A DNA stretch of 64,000 nucleotides from Octopus vulgaris (Eukaryota). Positions 11,671 through 23,843 of the stretch are shown piece by piece. The stretch covers positions 29,140,001-29,204,000 of the forward strand of contig OX597839.1 in NCBI GenBank assembly GCA_951406725.2, in the 5' to 3' direction. Position 1 is the stretch's first letter. Each line of letters opens with the position of its first letter. The notes below the pieces were generated by a model. It saw nothing but the letters and a program-made list of their open reading frames with translations, was not told the DNA's origin and did no database searches. A program made the position numbers and the translations under genes.

Positions 11671-12089
11671 TTTTCTTTTATGCAAGGAATTACAATATTG
11701 TGTTTGTGCAAGTTGGTCATTTTTGACCTTGACATGGAGAAATACTTTGACCTGTCAATCCACCCGTATATGATTACAGCTTCCATCTGCAAGTGGCAAT
11801 TGCAGTGACAGACAATAGATCTCCCTGTGTCAATTACAGAATAAAACAAGTCCGTCGTTCTACTGCACAAAACAGATCTATTTACTCACAACATTTCTTG
11901 CACATGTAGCTCTCAACAGCTATACATGATGCAGTTCTTGCAGTAACAAATAATGGAAAAATTCACCGAAATCTCAGGACACTGAAGAAGTCTTTTACAG
12001 CGGTTAAAAAAAATCTCTTCTATAAAAAAAAATAAAGAATTCCTTCTTGATTGCAGTATTAATTTCTGTTTTCTCTCAAATCATTTATC

Positions 12090-12640
12090 TAAATAATCTT
12101 CACATTGTTATGGAGACCTTCTGACCTCTTGGATATCACTTGGCAACTGCACAAGTCCACCTGTTGTCTATGAACCTTGTGACATGTTTGGCTGAGCAGA
12201 ACTTGTGTTTCCAGTATTCTGCGATCGTGTTGCTCATTTTGTTTCATTCTCAAATTACTGTATTTTAACATGTATAAGGAACCCCTTTTTGTCCAAAATT
12301 AGGTTAAAAAATATGGGAGTTTCTTATACATGGATAGTATTATATTACGGAGATGTACTTGCATAGCGAGTAACTTGATCTGAGATTGTGTGCTGGAACG
12401 AAAACAATTGCAGCGTGGAAGGTGTTTGTAAGCCATTTACGAAACACAAAAACCGTTAGATTCACTTCAACATTTAAATTTAATTTGTCAAAATATTTTT
12501 GTCGCTTTGTGATAGTATTATAGTTCCTTACAAAACCTTTTTTCCAAATTTTAAGCCCCCAAAATTAGGGGGTTTCTTATACACGTTAAAATACGGTATT
12601 TGATTGCGAGAGCATATCCAGAATAATGCATGGTATGTGT
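12090..12640 (-). mobile_element. Decayed RTE LINE 3' fragment interrupted by a MITE
   Basis: Minus translation EYWKHKFCSAKHVTRFIDNRWTCAVAK*YPRGQK resembles the RTE C-terminal motif W.GHV.R..DNRW......W.P. Confidence 0.6.
12258..12596. mobile_element. Tc1/pogo-type MITE with TA TSD and an internal insertion
   Basis: TA|CTGTATTTTAACATGTATAAGGAACCCC ... GGGGTTTCTTATACACGTTAAAATACGG|TA. Insert 12345-12510 is flanked by GATAGTATTATA at 12333 and 12511. Confidence 0.85.
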
Positions 12641-12844
12641 GAATTTGTGTTTGTGTCTATCAATGTAAACCAGTTTCGAGATGTGTCAGTTTACATCAAA
12701 ACAATAACTTATCACGTCCATAAATAAATCTAATTTAGGGCACAAGGCCAGTAATTTTGAGGGGAGGGATGAGTTGACCCAAATGAATCCCCCCCTCCTC
12801 CAGTGCTTGACTGATGGTTCATTTTATTAGCCTTGATCTTGATA

Positions 12845-13195
12845 GATAAGATTCTTTTCTGGACCTGGGTCACCACATGACTAACAAACAACCAGACCAA
12901 GACATCACGTATATCACGGAGACAATATGGAAGCACAGAGACAATATGGAAGCAGAGGCAGGGATTAACTGGTCACTGCTGGTGCAACAAGGAAATAAAT
13001 CAGGGGCTGAAACTCGTGTGGCAACCTTCTTCTGGTAAACATAGAAGAAGGAGAGCCGTAAGAAACTATGTCAACCAACAGCTAAAGGACACTGGACATA
13101 CTATCCAAGAGATTTAAGAAATGTCCTGGATGACAGGGAAGAATGGAAGATGGGTGTAAGGAATGCCAAGAAATTCTTGATCTAGTAAGTAACTG
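12845..13195 (+). mobile_element. Decayed RTE-clade LINE 3' end
   Basis: Translation LTGHCWCNKEINQGLKLVWQPSSGKHRRRRAVRNYVNQQLKDTG, then DDREEW after a frameshift; short (GTAA) tail. Confidence 0.7.
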
Positions 13196-13199
13196 ATTA

Positions 13200-13782
13200 C
13201 CAAAGTAGAAGTGGTCGAAATGGGGGTTCTCTGAAGGAATCCTAGAGTAACATTATTTGACAGGGAGCATGTCTTGGAGATCAGGGAGTCTCTTCAGGCT
13301 GAGCTGCTGCTTCTCTGCATTGAGAGGTCACAGCTCTGGTATTATGGATATGTGGTTAGAATGTTGCAGGAAAGAATTGCAAGACTGATTCTTCAAGCCA
13401 AGCCAAGAAGGTGACCTAGGGGTAGACCTTTCAGCAGCAGACCTAAGGGGAGACCAAGAATGAGATGGTTGGATGATGTCCATAGTCTCAGCTGGTCATG
13501 CTTGGGAATCCAGCCAGAAAGTGTAATGATGGATGTTTATGATAGGACCCCATGAAGGAAGTGCCTAAGGATTCTACCCCCAACAACTGGCAGGAGACCT
13601 AGTGATAGAACAAGAATGAGATGGTTGGATGATGTCCATAGTCTCAGTTGGTCATGCTTGGGAATCCTTCTGGAAAGTGTAATGACTGTTGCTTCTAATA
13701 GAACTGTATTGAGGAGGTGCTTGAGGACTCTACCCCAATAACTCACCCAGGTATAGTGGGCAGAGAAGATGGGTGGATGGAA
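13200..13782 (+). mobile_element. Rex3/Expander-like RTE LINE 3' end with an internal ~155-bp duplication
   Basis: Translation EIRESLQAELLLLCIERSQLWYYGYVVRM...PRGRP...RPRMRWLDDVHSLSWSCLGI, with the last block present twice; GGATGG tail. Confidence 0.8.
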
Positions 13783-13804
13783 TACGATTGACCAGCTGGT
13801 ACTG

Positions 13805-14113
13805 TCAGTTATGATGGTGAGTGTTCCAGCTGATCCGATCCATGGAACAGCCTGCTTGTGAAATTAGCATGCAAGTGGCTGAGCACTCCACAGACACACA
13901 TATCCTTAACGTAGTTCCTAGGGGAGATTCAGCATGATACAGAATATGACAAAGCTGGCCCCCTTTGAATTACTGGTACAACTCATTTTTGCAAGCACTG
14001 GAGCAACATGAATTGAAGTGTCTTGCTCAAGGATACAATGTATTGCCAGGAATTGAACTCACCACCTCATGATCACTAGCCAAATACTCTAACTATTAAG
14101 CCATGTGCCTTCA
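13805..14113 (-). mobile_element. tRNA/CORE-like SINE (family D variant)
   Basis: Minus head with GAGTTCAATTCC and TCCTTGAGCAAGACACTT; opposite-strand sister copy at 50388-50695. Confidence 0.75.
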
Positions 14114-14824
14114 TGATAGACTAAAAACTCTCCAAAGTGGTGCCCCAGCATGGCCACCATCCAGTGACTGAAGCCAGTGAGAGAGTAGTGATGATGTTTA
14201 GAGCAGTGTTTTATAGTCACTATGATGTTCTTAACATGTTAGTTATTTCACAAGATGAACATTATTATTATATTATTACTACGTGTCCTGAAGTTGTTGT
14301 TGTTGTTAGGCCTACACTACTATCTCTTTGCCCCAAATCTCTTCATTAGCAAAATCTAGTTTAGAGAGAAACCCTGGCATAATTAAAATAACCCTGGTGG
14401 CTTTTGGTTTCCTAACAAACACAAATTCAAGTTTTGTATCTGTTATGACAGATTTGCTTGAAAATAAAATAGCCTGCCCTCTGTAGCAGTTAAATTACAC
14501 GGCTCTCAGCTCTCGCTCTCTCTCTCTCCCCTCCGTCTCTTTCTTTCCCTCTCTTATCATAAGAACCAAAATACTGTCTATTTGCCAAGACAAACCCACA
14601 GCTATGCACTTATCTACTTTCAAAGTGGATGTTGTCTTCTTGATAAGAACTGAGAAACTCAAACATTAGCTGCCGGGACATGACAAAAACCAAAACAGGA
14701 TGGCTGCTTGTTCTGTTGGTGAGAAGGCTACATTTTTGCACACTCAATACACACATCTACCACACTATCCTCTCAAAAGTGCATGAAAAACGTTTCTTCT
14801 TCAAAAACAATCAATCAACTTTAC

Positions 14825-15148
14825 GTACCACCCTGCTATTTCTTTCCCCTCTCCCCTGGTCCACAGTAACTGTGTGTGCCACATTTTTAAACAGATTCCA
14901 GTCTGAGAAACATACGACATCTGACTGCAAGTCACTAAATTCCGTTTTGGTGGGGAGGAAAGTTCGCCATGAATCACATCGCTTATTGAAACGTATTTTG
15001 CTACGGAAACTTCAAGATTCTGACAAAGAAGATGGATATCTAAGCCGTCTTTCATCTTGGCTTTGCGTAACCCCTGTGGCAAACCATCATAAATTAGACT
15101 CCTGATGAAACAGCTGTCTGAAGGTGATGAGTGGTGGTGCCGGTGGCT
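14825..15148 (-). other. Candidate alternative (cassette, poison or terminal) exon of the GRK gene
   Basis: Branch point CTAAC at 15197-15193, about 40 nt of pyrimidines, then CAG acceptor (AG at 15150-15149). Non-repetitive frame open for 108 codons. Donors: GTACGT after 14829 and GTAAAG after 14825. No recognisable protein homology. Confidence 0.4.
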
Positions 15149-15382
15149 CTGCATGAGGGAGAGAGGGAGGAGGGAGGGGGGAGAAGGAGGAAGTTAGGAA
15201 AATAAATATTATTAAATCATAATTCATTGCCAATTTCATTTGTCAGGAAAAAAATGTTATTATCTGCAATAAATTTAATGTAAAAATACCAACTCTTATG
15301 ATACAATTTATCAAATATATTTTTCTATTATTTTCGACTGGAAATGGTGGTGATGGTTGAACGGCAGGGTTTGTGCGTGTAT

Positions 15383-15450
<68 letters not shown>

Positions 15451-15529
15451 GAATGTTGTGGCAGTGGTGGTCGTGGTGGTGGTGGTGATGACCGAGGGAT
15501 CAAGTTTACAAAGGAATGACCCCTACTCA

Positions 15530-16020
15530 AAACATTGCTTGACCTGCCTGCTAAAAATAGTAACCAAATTATCTTTCTCAAATACACTCCCCTACCAATG
15601 CACAAAGTCTTAATTTTAAAAAAAAAGGAACAATAGATAATGAGATCCTAGATACACTGTGTATATAAAAAAGAATGGGATGGTCATATATGGAATGCCC
15701 TTTTGATCATAGATAGGTCTGCCTGATCAGGACCGACCTGGGGGTAAACAACAACAGCAACTACAAAACAAACATGCTGAACCAACAGGAAAACTTCCAT
15801 GCAGGCGTTCAAACTTCTAGAAATAGCAGTCAAATCACCCCCCTCCACCACCACACTGCATCCTCTATCTCACTCTTAAGAGAAAATACGACCCGTGGGG
15901 AGCACACAGGATAATGTAGAAATAGGGTTGAAAAGAAAACTACAGGATGGGCATGGGACCCTGAAACAGATTTGACCATTGGTCTGATCAATGTTAGGGC
16001 TGACATGGGCTAATTTACTA
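15530..16020 (+). mobile_element. Tandem pair of a (CAA)n-tailed interspersed repeat
   Basis: CTAGAAATAGCAG...GGATGGTCAT...GATCAGG..GACCTGGGG(CAA)n; related pairs at 38710-38970 and, inverted, at 45775-46390. Confidence 0.6.
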
Positions 16021-16951
16021 CTACTACTACTACCACCATAACCGCTCTTCCTCCTCCTCCTCCCACTACTACTACTAATAATAACAATCCTTTCTACTAT
16101 AGGCACAAAGCCTAAATTAAAAAAAAATTTTTTTAGGGAAGTGGGTTAGTCAATTACATTGACCCCAGTGCACAACTGGTACTTATTTCATAGACCTTGA
16201 AAGGATTAAAGGTGAAGTTGACCTCGGTGGAATTTGAACTCAGAATGTAAGTTATTCTCTTGGAAAGAGAACAAAGACAAAAATCTTTCACTTCAGCATA
16301 TTTTTTTAAAAATAGGCTCAACAAAAAAGGGGCAGCACTTGAAACCCTTTTTAAAGGCTTCTTATTCTGATGGGAAGAAGGTGAGGGTGGGGAGAAAAGA
16401 GATTGTTAATCTTAAACCAGAGATTTGACCTTATTACTTTCAATGTAGAGGTTTCTACTGCAAGGCCCCAAACAGTCAGGTGATAGTGATGACGAACTGG
16501 GCAAAGGGTCAAGTCCTAAAAACATGAACATTTATGGGAGACACTAACAACATGGTTTCTGTTAACCAGTGATGACCCCTAACACAACACTCCAGTTCAA
16601 TCAAAACAACTAAAAGTTCACTGAATTATAATAACATAGGTGGTTGAGTATTCCAAAAGGTATTTGTACTCGTTATGTAAATTCAGAACTAATTCTGCGT
16701 AAGGTTTGACAAGACTGGTTTTTTGAAACAGATGTACAGACTACTTTATATTATAGAATCTATCTTGTATTATAGAGGTACGGTCAATATGATTGACCTT
16801 TGCAGTCACCACATGCCAAATTCTACTTCTAAGGAGTTGGGCTGAATCGGTCACAGTGAAAATTGCCCTACATGGTGCACCACAGTGAGGTCAAAGCTGG
16901 GTTTGACTAATTATAAAGTGGACTTCTAAACAATTCAGTCCTGTCTGCTTA

Positions 16952-17521
16952 CATCATCATCATTTAGCGTCCGTTCTCCATGCTAGCATGGGTTGGACGG
17001 TTCAACTGAGGTCTGTGAAGCTGGAAGGCTTCATCAGGCCCAGTCAGATCTGGCAGTGTTTCTATGGCTGGATGCCCTTCCTAACGCCAACCACTCCGTG
17101 AGTGTAGTGGAAGCTTTTTACGTGCCACCTGCACAGGTGCCAGACAGAGCTGGCAAACGGCCACGAACGGATGGTGCTTTTACGTGTCACCGGCACGGGG
17201 CCAGACAGAGCTGGCAAACGGCCACGAACGGATGGTGCTTTTACGTGTCACCGGCACGGGGCCAGGCGAGGCTGGCAACGGACACGAACGGATGGTGCTT
17301 TTACATGCCACCGACACGGGGGCCAGACAGGGCTGGCAAACGGCCACGAACGGATGGTGCTTTTACGTGTCACCGGCACGGGGGCCAGGCGAGGTAGGCA
17401 ACGGACATGAACGGATGGTGCTTTTACATGTCACCGACATGGGGGCCAGACAGGGCTGGCAAACGGACACGAACGGATGGTGCTTTTACATGTCACCGAC
17501 ATGGGGGCCAGACAGGGCTGC
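16952..17521 (-). mobile_element. Family C element with an expanded internal ~61-bp tandem unit
   Basis: Family C tail followed by about 6 copies of GCCAGACAGAGCTGGCAAACGGCCACGAACGGATGGTGCTTTTACGTGTCACCGGCACGGGG (17139-17521). Confidence 0.9.
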
Positions 17522-17610
17522 TAAAACTCTTGCTGTATTTAATGGGTATAAATCTCCAAAAATCACCCCAGGTCCTGAATGCAAAGTTGGGCCTATATTA
17601 TAAACTTTAA

Positions 17611-17830
17611 CCCCTTAGCATTCAGATTACTCTGTCAAATGTAATGTTTATTTATTCACATTGTTTTGAGTTAATCATGTATACTCACGTAGCTCTGAGA
17701 TTTCAATGATGTGATTGTTTACTTTTGCAATGACATTGTAGGGTATGTATGACAGGCCAGATGTGACTAGTTTGAGCATAAAACAGAGAGGATACTTTGG
17801 TTGGATATGGCCAGTTGAAATGCTAAAAGG
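17611..17830. mobile_element. TTAA-type MITE (CCCTTTAGCATT TIR family)
   Basis: TTAA|CCCCTTAGCATT ... AATGCTAAAAGG|TTCA; fragments also at 3450-3552, 3860-4008, 17835-18050, 33470-33655 and 37940. Confidence 0.8.
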
Positions 17831-19172
17831 TTCAACTGGCCATACCTGGCCCAAATATTTTACCTGCTTTATGTTCAAGCCAGCCGTACAATGTCAATGA
17901 AAAGTTAAACAATCAGATCATCAAAATCTTGATGCTATGAGATAACACACGATTAACTTAAACCAGTCATATCCAGGTCAGATACCCAACCTGTTTTATG
18001 TTCAAACCAGCCAGAACACCTACCCTGCAATGTCATAGTAAAACTAAAGAGCAAGGTCGTTGCTAGTGCCACTGGACTGACTCCTGTGCAGGTGGCACGT
18101 AAAAAAACACCATTTTGAGCGTGGCCGTTGCCAGTACCACCAGACTGGCCCTCATGCCGGTGGCACATAAAAGCACCCACTACACTCTCGGAGTGTTTGG
18201 CGTTAGGAAGGGCATCCAGCTGTAGAAACTCTGCCAGATCAGAATGGAGACTGGCGCAGCCATCTGGTTCAACAGTCCTCAGTCAAATACGCCAACCCAT
18301 GATAGTATGGAAAGCGGATGTTAAATGATGAGGAAGGATCATGAAAACCCCAAAGCTGTGAGATAATACAGGATTAACTCAAAACAATGTGAGGAAATAA
18401 GCCTGATATTTCACAGAGCAAATTGAAAGGTAAAAGATTATTGCACAAAAATGTTATTCTGCAAAATATGTGCTGTTAAAATTGTGTTGTGTCTAATATG
18501 CCAGAGTGTCTTTTATGCCAGCAAATATGGTGTTTAATAGTTGCTTTAAAGTGAGGAAGAAAAGCAAAACCGTATGTATTTACATCTTCTCCTCAACTTA
18601 TGACCGCAAAAAGGTTTATCAGATTCGTTTTTGCAATTGAATAAAGCTCTCGCCAGTTTTGAAGCTTTGCAAAGGTTGGACATATCACTCAAGATGCTGT
18701 ACATTGTTATCATAAGATATATGACAAAAAAAAAAAGAAAGAAAAAAAGAGAAAAATCTATTGAACAAAGATCACCAGGTTCTTCAAAAAACCTCAACTC
18801 AAGAATATGACTGAAGATTAAAAATTTATTTTGAATTGCACTTTTTTCACAGGAATAATTTTTTAAAATTCTATGTACGTGGAATTTCATTTGTATTAAT
18901 TTCTACGTTAATTTTAGATTGTATTTTTGTTTACACTACAAGAGAGCACAAATGCATTTTCCACATCATGTTCAATAATCATGGATTAAATTTTTATGTT
19001 TTATATTTTTAAAACCTATTTGAATGAAAGTAGAGTTGAAAAATATAAATCGCACATACGACGAGGTTGACTTATGACTTCTCAGTTGGAACGGAACTCA
19101 GTCGTAAGTCGAGGGGAGGGTGCATTTAGAAACTTGGACAATCCAAACCAAAGAAAGGAGATGTCTACTCAC

Positions 19173-19274
19173 GTGACATTGTGCCAGCAATTCTCTCATA
19201 ATAAACTGATCATAAATATCTCTGGCTTGCTTAATCCTGTCTTCATCAGTATCCATTGTCTGAAATTTTTTAAT
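19173..19274 (-). CDS. GRK2: GRK2/3-subfamily GPCR kinase (beta-ARK / cephalopod rhodopsin kinase-like), internal RH-domain exon equivalent to vertebrate GRK2 exon 4
   Basis: Minus strand: polypyrimidine tract ...ttttctag|ATTAAAAAA...TGTCAC|gtgagt. 102 nt, phase 0-0, encoding IKKFQTMDTDEDRIKQARDIYDQFIMRELLAQCH. Aligns without gaps to human GRK2 [34 protein letters not shown] (about aa 89-122, recalled from memory). The symbol denotes the subfamily; exact orthology is not established. Confidence 0.93.
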
Positions 19275-20964
19275 CTAGAAAATAGAGAAAGAGAGAGAAA
19301 AAAGGAATTAACAACAATAAAGAAATGAAATGGTTAAAAAAAAGAAAAGAAAAGAAAAGAAATCGTGATATTAAAGCCCAGCACACATATCGGAGTGTAA
19401 TATCAATGGTCTTTTAACCCTCTTGGTACCAGTTCAGCTTCTCCGATACAAAACCTCTTTGTTATATTCAAATTAAAAACCACCCAGGAGAAGAATTTCA
19501 ACTGAGAATCTTTTATCGTCTCTCTTCTGTTCCAAACAATCACTTTTATAATGGAAAAGTGGAATATTTTACCAAATCTCTCTAAATTAGATTTTTTCTT
19601 CTTTTCCTCACGCTCCAACGGAAAGAAATAAAAGATTATTTCTTTCGGTTGAACAGTAGAGCCTTGAAGGGTTTTTAGTTGAACAAATCAAACCCCAAGA
19701 CTTATTTTTTTCCTTCAAGTCTTTTTATTTTTAATCTTTTTTTTTGCTTCAGCCATTAGATTGTGGCCATGCTGGGGCACCACCCCAAGGAACTTTTAGT
19801 CGAATGACTTAACCCCAGGACTTTTTTTTTGAAAGCCTAGCACTGTTGGTCTCATGCTGAAATGCTGAGCTACAGGGATGTAAACAAACCAGCGCCAGTT
19901 GTCAAGTGGCCGTGGGGGACAAGCGGACACAAAGACATACATATACATACACGCACACATATACAACAGGCTTCTTTCAGCTTTCTGTCAACCAAATCCA
20001 CTCACAAAGCTACAAAGCTTTGAAGCTATATGAAGCTATAAAGTGTTAATCAGGCACTCAACTATGAGTGCACTGCATCTGGCAGCAGAAACAGCTGTAA
20101 GCTAATGAATTGTTTATAGCTTTGTTATCTCATTTTCTTGTTACCAATCTGAAGCACATATTGAGTTCTACACCAGGCTATTAGCCTCACAAAGCCTAAG
20201 CAAAACAATATATATATATATATATATATATACGTGTGTGTGTGTATAAGCTTGTAAGTATATCTGGTTTTTATAGATAACATCTTCCCCCACTCCTGAT
20301 GATCTGCTGTCCCCAACGACTGATAAACTGAAACGATTATTAATCTCATATAAAGTGTTCTGCTCGGAAACACAGAAAAAAAAGAAGAAAAAAAGGTGGG
20401 GGAGGGGAAGAAAAAGAAAAAAGTGGAAAAACCTCCCCCCCTCATATTTCAACTTATGAGTTAAGAGCAGGTAGTGTGCAGCAGAGACATACAGTGTGTG
20501 TGTGTTTGAAGTGCAGATCTTGCAGCAGATAATAGCTCAGTCAGCCATAGATGAGTGTTTCTGAGGTTTCACACCATCAAATAGATTTAAGCAACAGCAA
20601 ACACTGCTGGGTCGTTCAACTGTGAAACGGAGATGAATTTTAAGTGCTGCACAGGAGATCAATATCTCGAGATCTATAGGCTTATTGTTAATGGCAATGA
20701 ACGGCAGGAATCACGCAGAACAGAACTGAACACCTGAGAGGAATTGATGCACAATAGATGCCCTATTCTCTTACTTCTTTCAGTCATTTGACAGCGGCCA
20801 TGCTGGAGCACTGCCTTTATTTGAACAAATCAACCCCAGGACTTATTCTTTGTAAGTCTAGTACTTATTCTATTAGTCATTTTTTGCCAAACTGCTAAGT
20901 TATGGGGATGTAAACACACCAACATCAGTTGTCGAGTGACGGTGGGGGGAACAAGCAGACACAA

Positions 20965-21022
<58 letters not shown>

Positions 21023-21182
21023 TCATCATCATCATCATCGTCGTTTAACGTCCGTTCTCCATGCTAGCATGGGTTGGACGGTTCGACCGGGGTTCTGGGA
21101 AGCCAGAAGGCTGCACCAGGCTCCAGTCTAATCTGGCAATGTTAGACTGGAGACATATATATATATACATATATATATATAC

Positions 21183-21213
<31 letters not shown>

Positions 21214-23338
21214 CATACATACATATACATGATGGGCTTCTTTCAGTTTCCGTCTACCGAATCCACTCACAAGGCTTTGGTCGGCCTGAGACTATAGTAG
21301 CCATTATAGTAACCGTTTTATAGTAGAATGATAGAGAACAGGACCAAATGCCTAATTCTTTTATTCTTTTGCATTTTTCAGACATTTCACTGTGGCCATG
21401 TGGGAGCACCATCTTAAAGGGTTTTAGTCTAAGAAATTGACCCCAGGACTTATTCTTTCAAAGCCTAGTACTTATTCTGTCAGTCCCTTTTGTTGAACCG
21501 CTAAGTTACGGGGGACGTAAACACCAACATCGGTTGTCAAGCAATGCTTATAGTAACTGTTTTAATAGATATTCCATAGTAGATTTGTTATGATAATTCT
21601 CTTATCAGATCTGTGGGATTTTGTTACATGAAACCTTTGATTCCATCTCCTGTCTTGAACTCCTCTCTTTATAATTATAACTAATCATAAATTACTTATA
21701 TTCATTTCTTTATAGCCCACAGGGGGGGCTAAACATAGAGGGGACCAACAAGGACAGACAAAGGGATTAAGTTGATTACATTGACCCCAGTGTTTCACTG
21801 GTACTTATTTAATTGACCCTGAAAGGATGAAAGGCTAAGTCAACCTCAGTGGAATTTGAACTGAGAATGTAGTGGCAGACGAAATACCGCTCAGCATCTT
21901 GCTCAGCATATTAACGATTCCTTCAGTTCTCTGCCTTAAAATATTTCTTATATTGACCGGAAGTACAAAAGGTATGGGGACAATATGAATGTTAACTTGC
22001 TAAGAAATTCGCTTTGTAACCATGTGGTCTCAGGTTCAGTTCCACTGTCTGGCACCATGGGCAAGTGTCTGTCCTTTACAATGGTCCTGGGGAGACCAAT
22101 GCCTTGTGAGAAAATTTGATAGATGGAAATTGCATGTGTGTGTATTTGTGCTTGATAACCAGTGTTGGTTTGTTTATGTCTCTGTGACTTAGTGGCTCAG
22201 CAAAAAGAGCTTCATGGAGGAGGTATTAAGCTTAGAGAAAAAAAGTACTGGGATCCATTTGTTTGACTAAACCCTTCAAAGCAGTGCCCAGTGCCCCAGC
22301 ATGGCCACAGTCCAATGACTGAAGCAAGTAAAAGATACATCATAAACTAAAATGAGATTAAAGAAATAAACTATGAAAATACTAAATAAAAGAATAAGCC
22401 CTGGGGGTTGATTTGTTCAACTAAAAGGTGGTGCTCCAGCATGGCCACAGTCAAATGACTGAAATGAGTAAAAGTGTAAGAGGAATGTAACAAGTGTTGG
22501 TACAGGATTCCACGTATGTGTGTGTGTGTGTGTGTGTGTGTTACCGAGTATTCCTGTATGTATGAATATATGCTTTTGTGTGTGTGTGTGTGTTTCTGAG
22601 TTTTATGCATTTCGTCGTGCATGTCTACACGTAAATTATGATTGCTGGTTTGAGTTTGGTGTGCATGCATGCGTGAGAGCGCATGTGTGTGATAGTGTGG
22701 CATCTACAGCAAGTGAGCTGGTAAAATCATTAGCAAGCCGGACAGAAATGCTTAGTGGCATATCGTCTGTCCTTACTTTATGAGCCCTTTGTGGGCAATA
22801 AAGAAATAAGTGTGCATCTACAGCTGTGTCTGCACGTAGACATACTTTAGCGCACGGCTTACAAAACATCATATTTATAACACACACACACACACACACG
22901 TAGAGAAGAGGAGGACACAATACACCAGACATGTGCAAATACTTTGAAGATTCAAACACATTCATATAACCACTGAATTACACACATACACGATATGCAA
23001 CCACTGCACACAGTGACTACTACTGCTGCTACTGCTACTACTGAGGAAAGAGAGTAAATTTGAGCTTAGACAGGTCTTGTTTTATAAGAGCCAAGTCAGA
23101 TGTGTAGGTGTTTTCAGTGTTACATGCACTGAGGAGGTGAAGGTCATGTGTGGCAGTGCAGATGCACATCGGACACACACGTACATACATAGACACACAC
23201 ACGTACATACATACATGTGTGTGTGTGTGTACAAGTGAAAGAAAATAGCACTTGATAATATTGTGTTGAGCTTCTGTTTGTAGACGACCAGTTGTCGAGT
23301 CAAGTGTCCCTGCGTTGGCGTTTCAGTTTCTCCTGATA

Positions 23339-23843
23339 CAGGCACAGGTGTGACTGTATGCTAAGAGGTTTGCTTCCCAACCACATGGTTCCAGGTTCAG
23401 TCCTACTGCATGGCACTTTGGACAAATCTCTTCGACTATAGCCCTGGGCCGACCAAGGTAGACAGAAACTGAAACAAGGCGACCAACTGGCAGAAATGTT
23501 AGCACACCGAGCGAAATGCTTTACGGTATTTCGTCTGCCGTTAGGTTCTGAGTTCAAATTCCACTGAGGTCGACTTTGCCTTTCATCCTTTCGGGGTCGA
23601 TTAAATAAATACCAGTTATGCACTGGGGTCGATATAATTGACTTAATCCGTTTGTTTGTCCTTGTTTGTCCCCTCTGTGTGTAGCCCCTTATGGGTAGTG
23701 AAGAAATAAGAAACTGAAAGAAGCCTGTATATGTATGTATATATAAAATAAGTCTTGGGGTCGACTTGTTTGACTGAAACCCTTCAAGGCAGTACTCCAG
23801 CATGGCCGTAGTCACATGACAGAAACAAGTAAGAGAATAAGAG
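23339..23843 (+). mobile_element. Family A SINE interrupted by a family B SINE (23476-23708)
   Basis: Target duplication AGAAACTGAAA at 23464-23474 and 23709-23719. Confidence 0.85.

Noticed and set aside
14680-15105. 141-aa plus-strand ORF
   Set aside because: Antisense to the better-supported candidate exon; no homology or splice support.
16993-17610. Overlapping repetitive ORFs
   Set aside because: Translations of the ~61-bp SINE-internal tandem unit.
18584-18696. Possible 113-nt exon after a T-rich tract
   Set aside because: Weak donor (T|GTAAAT), an immediate stop in the GRK frame and no homology; not supportable from sequence alone.
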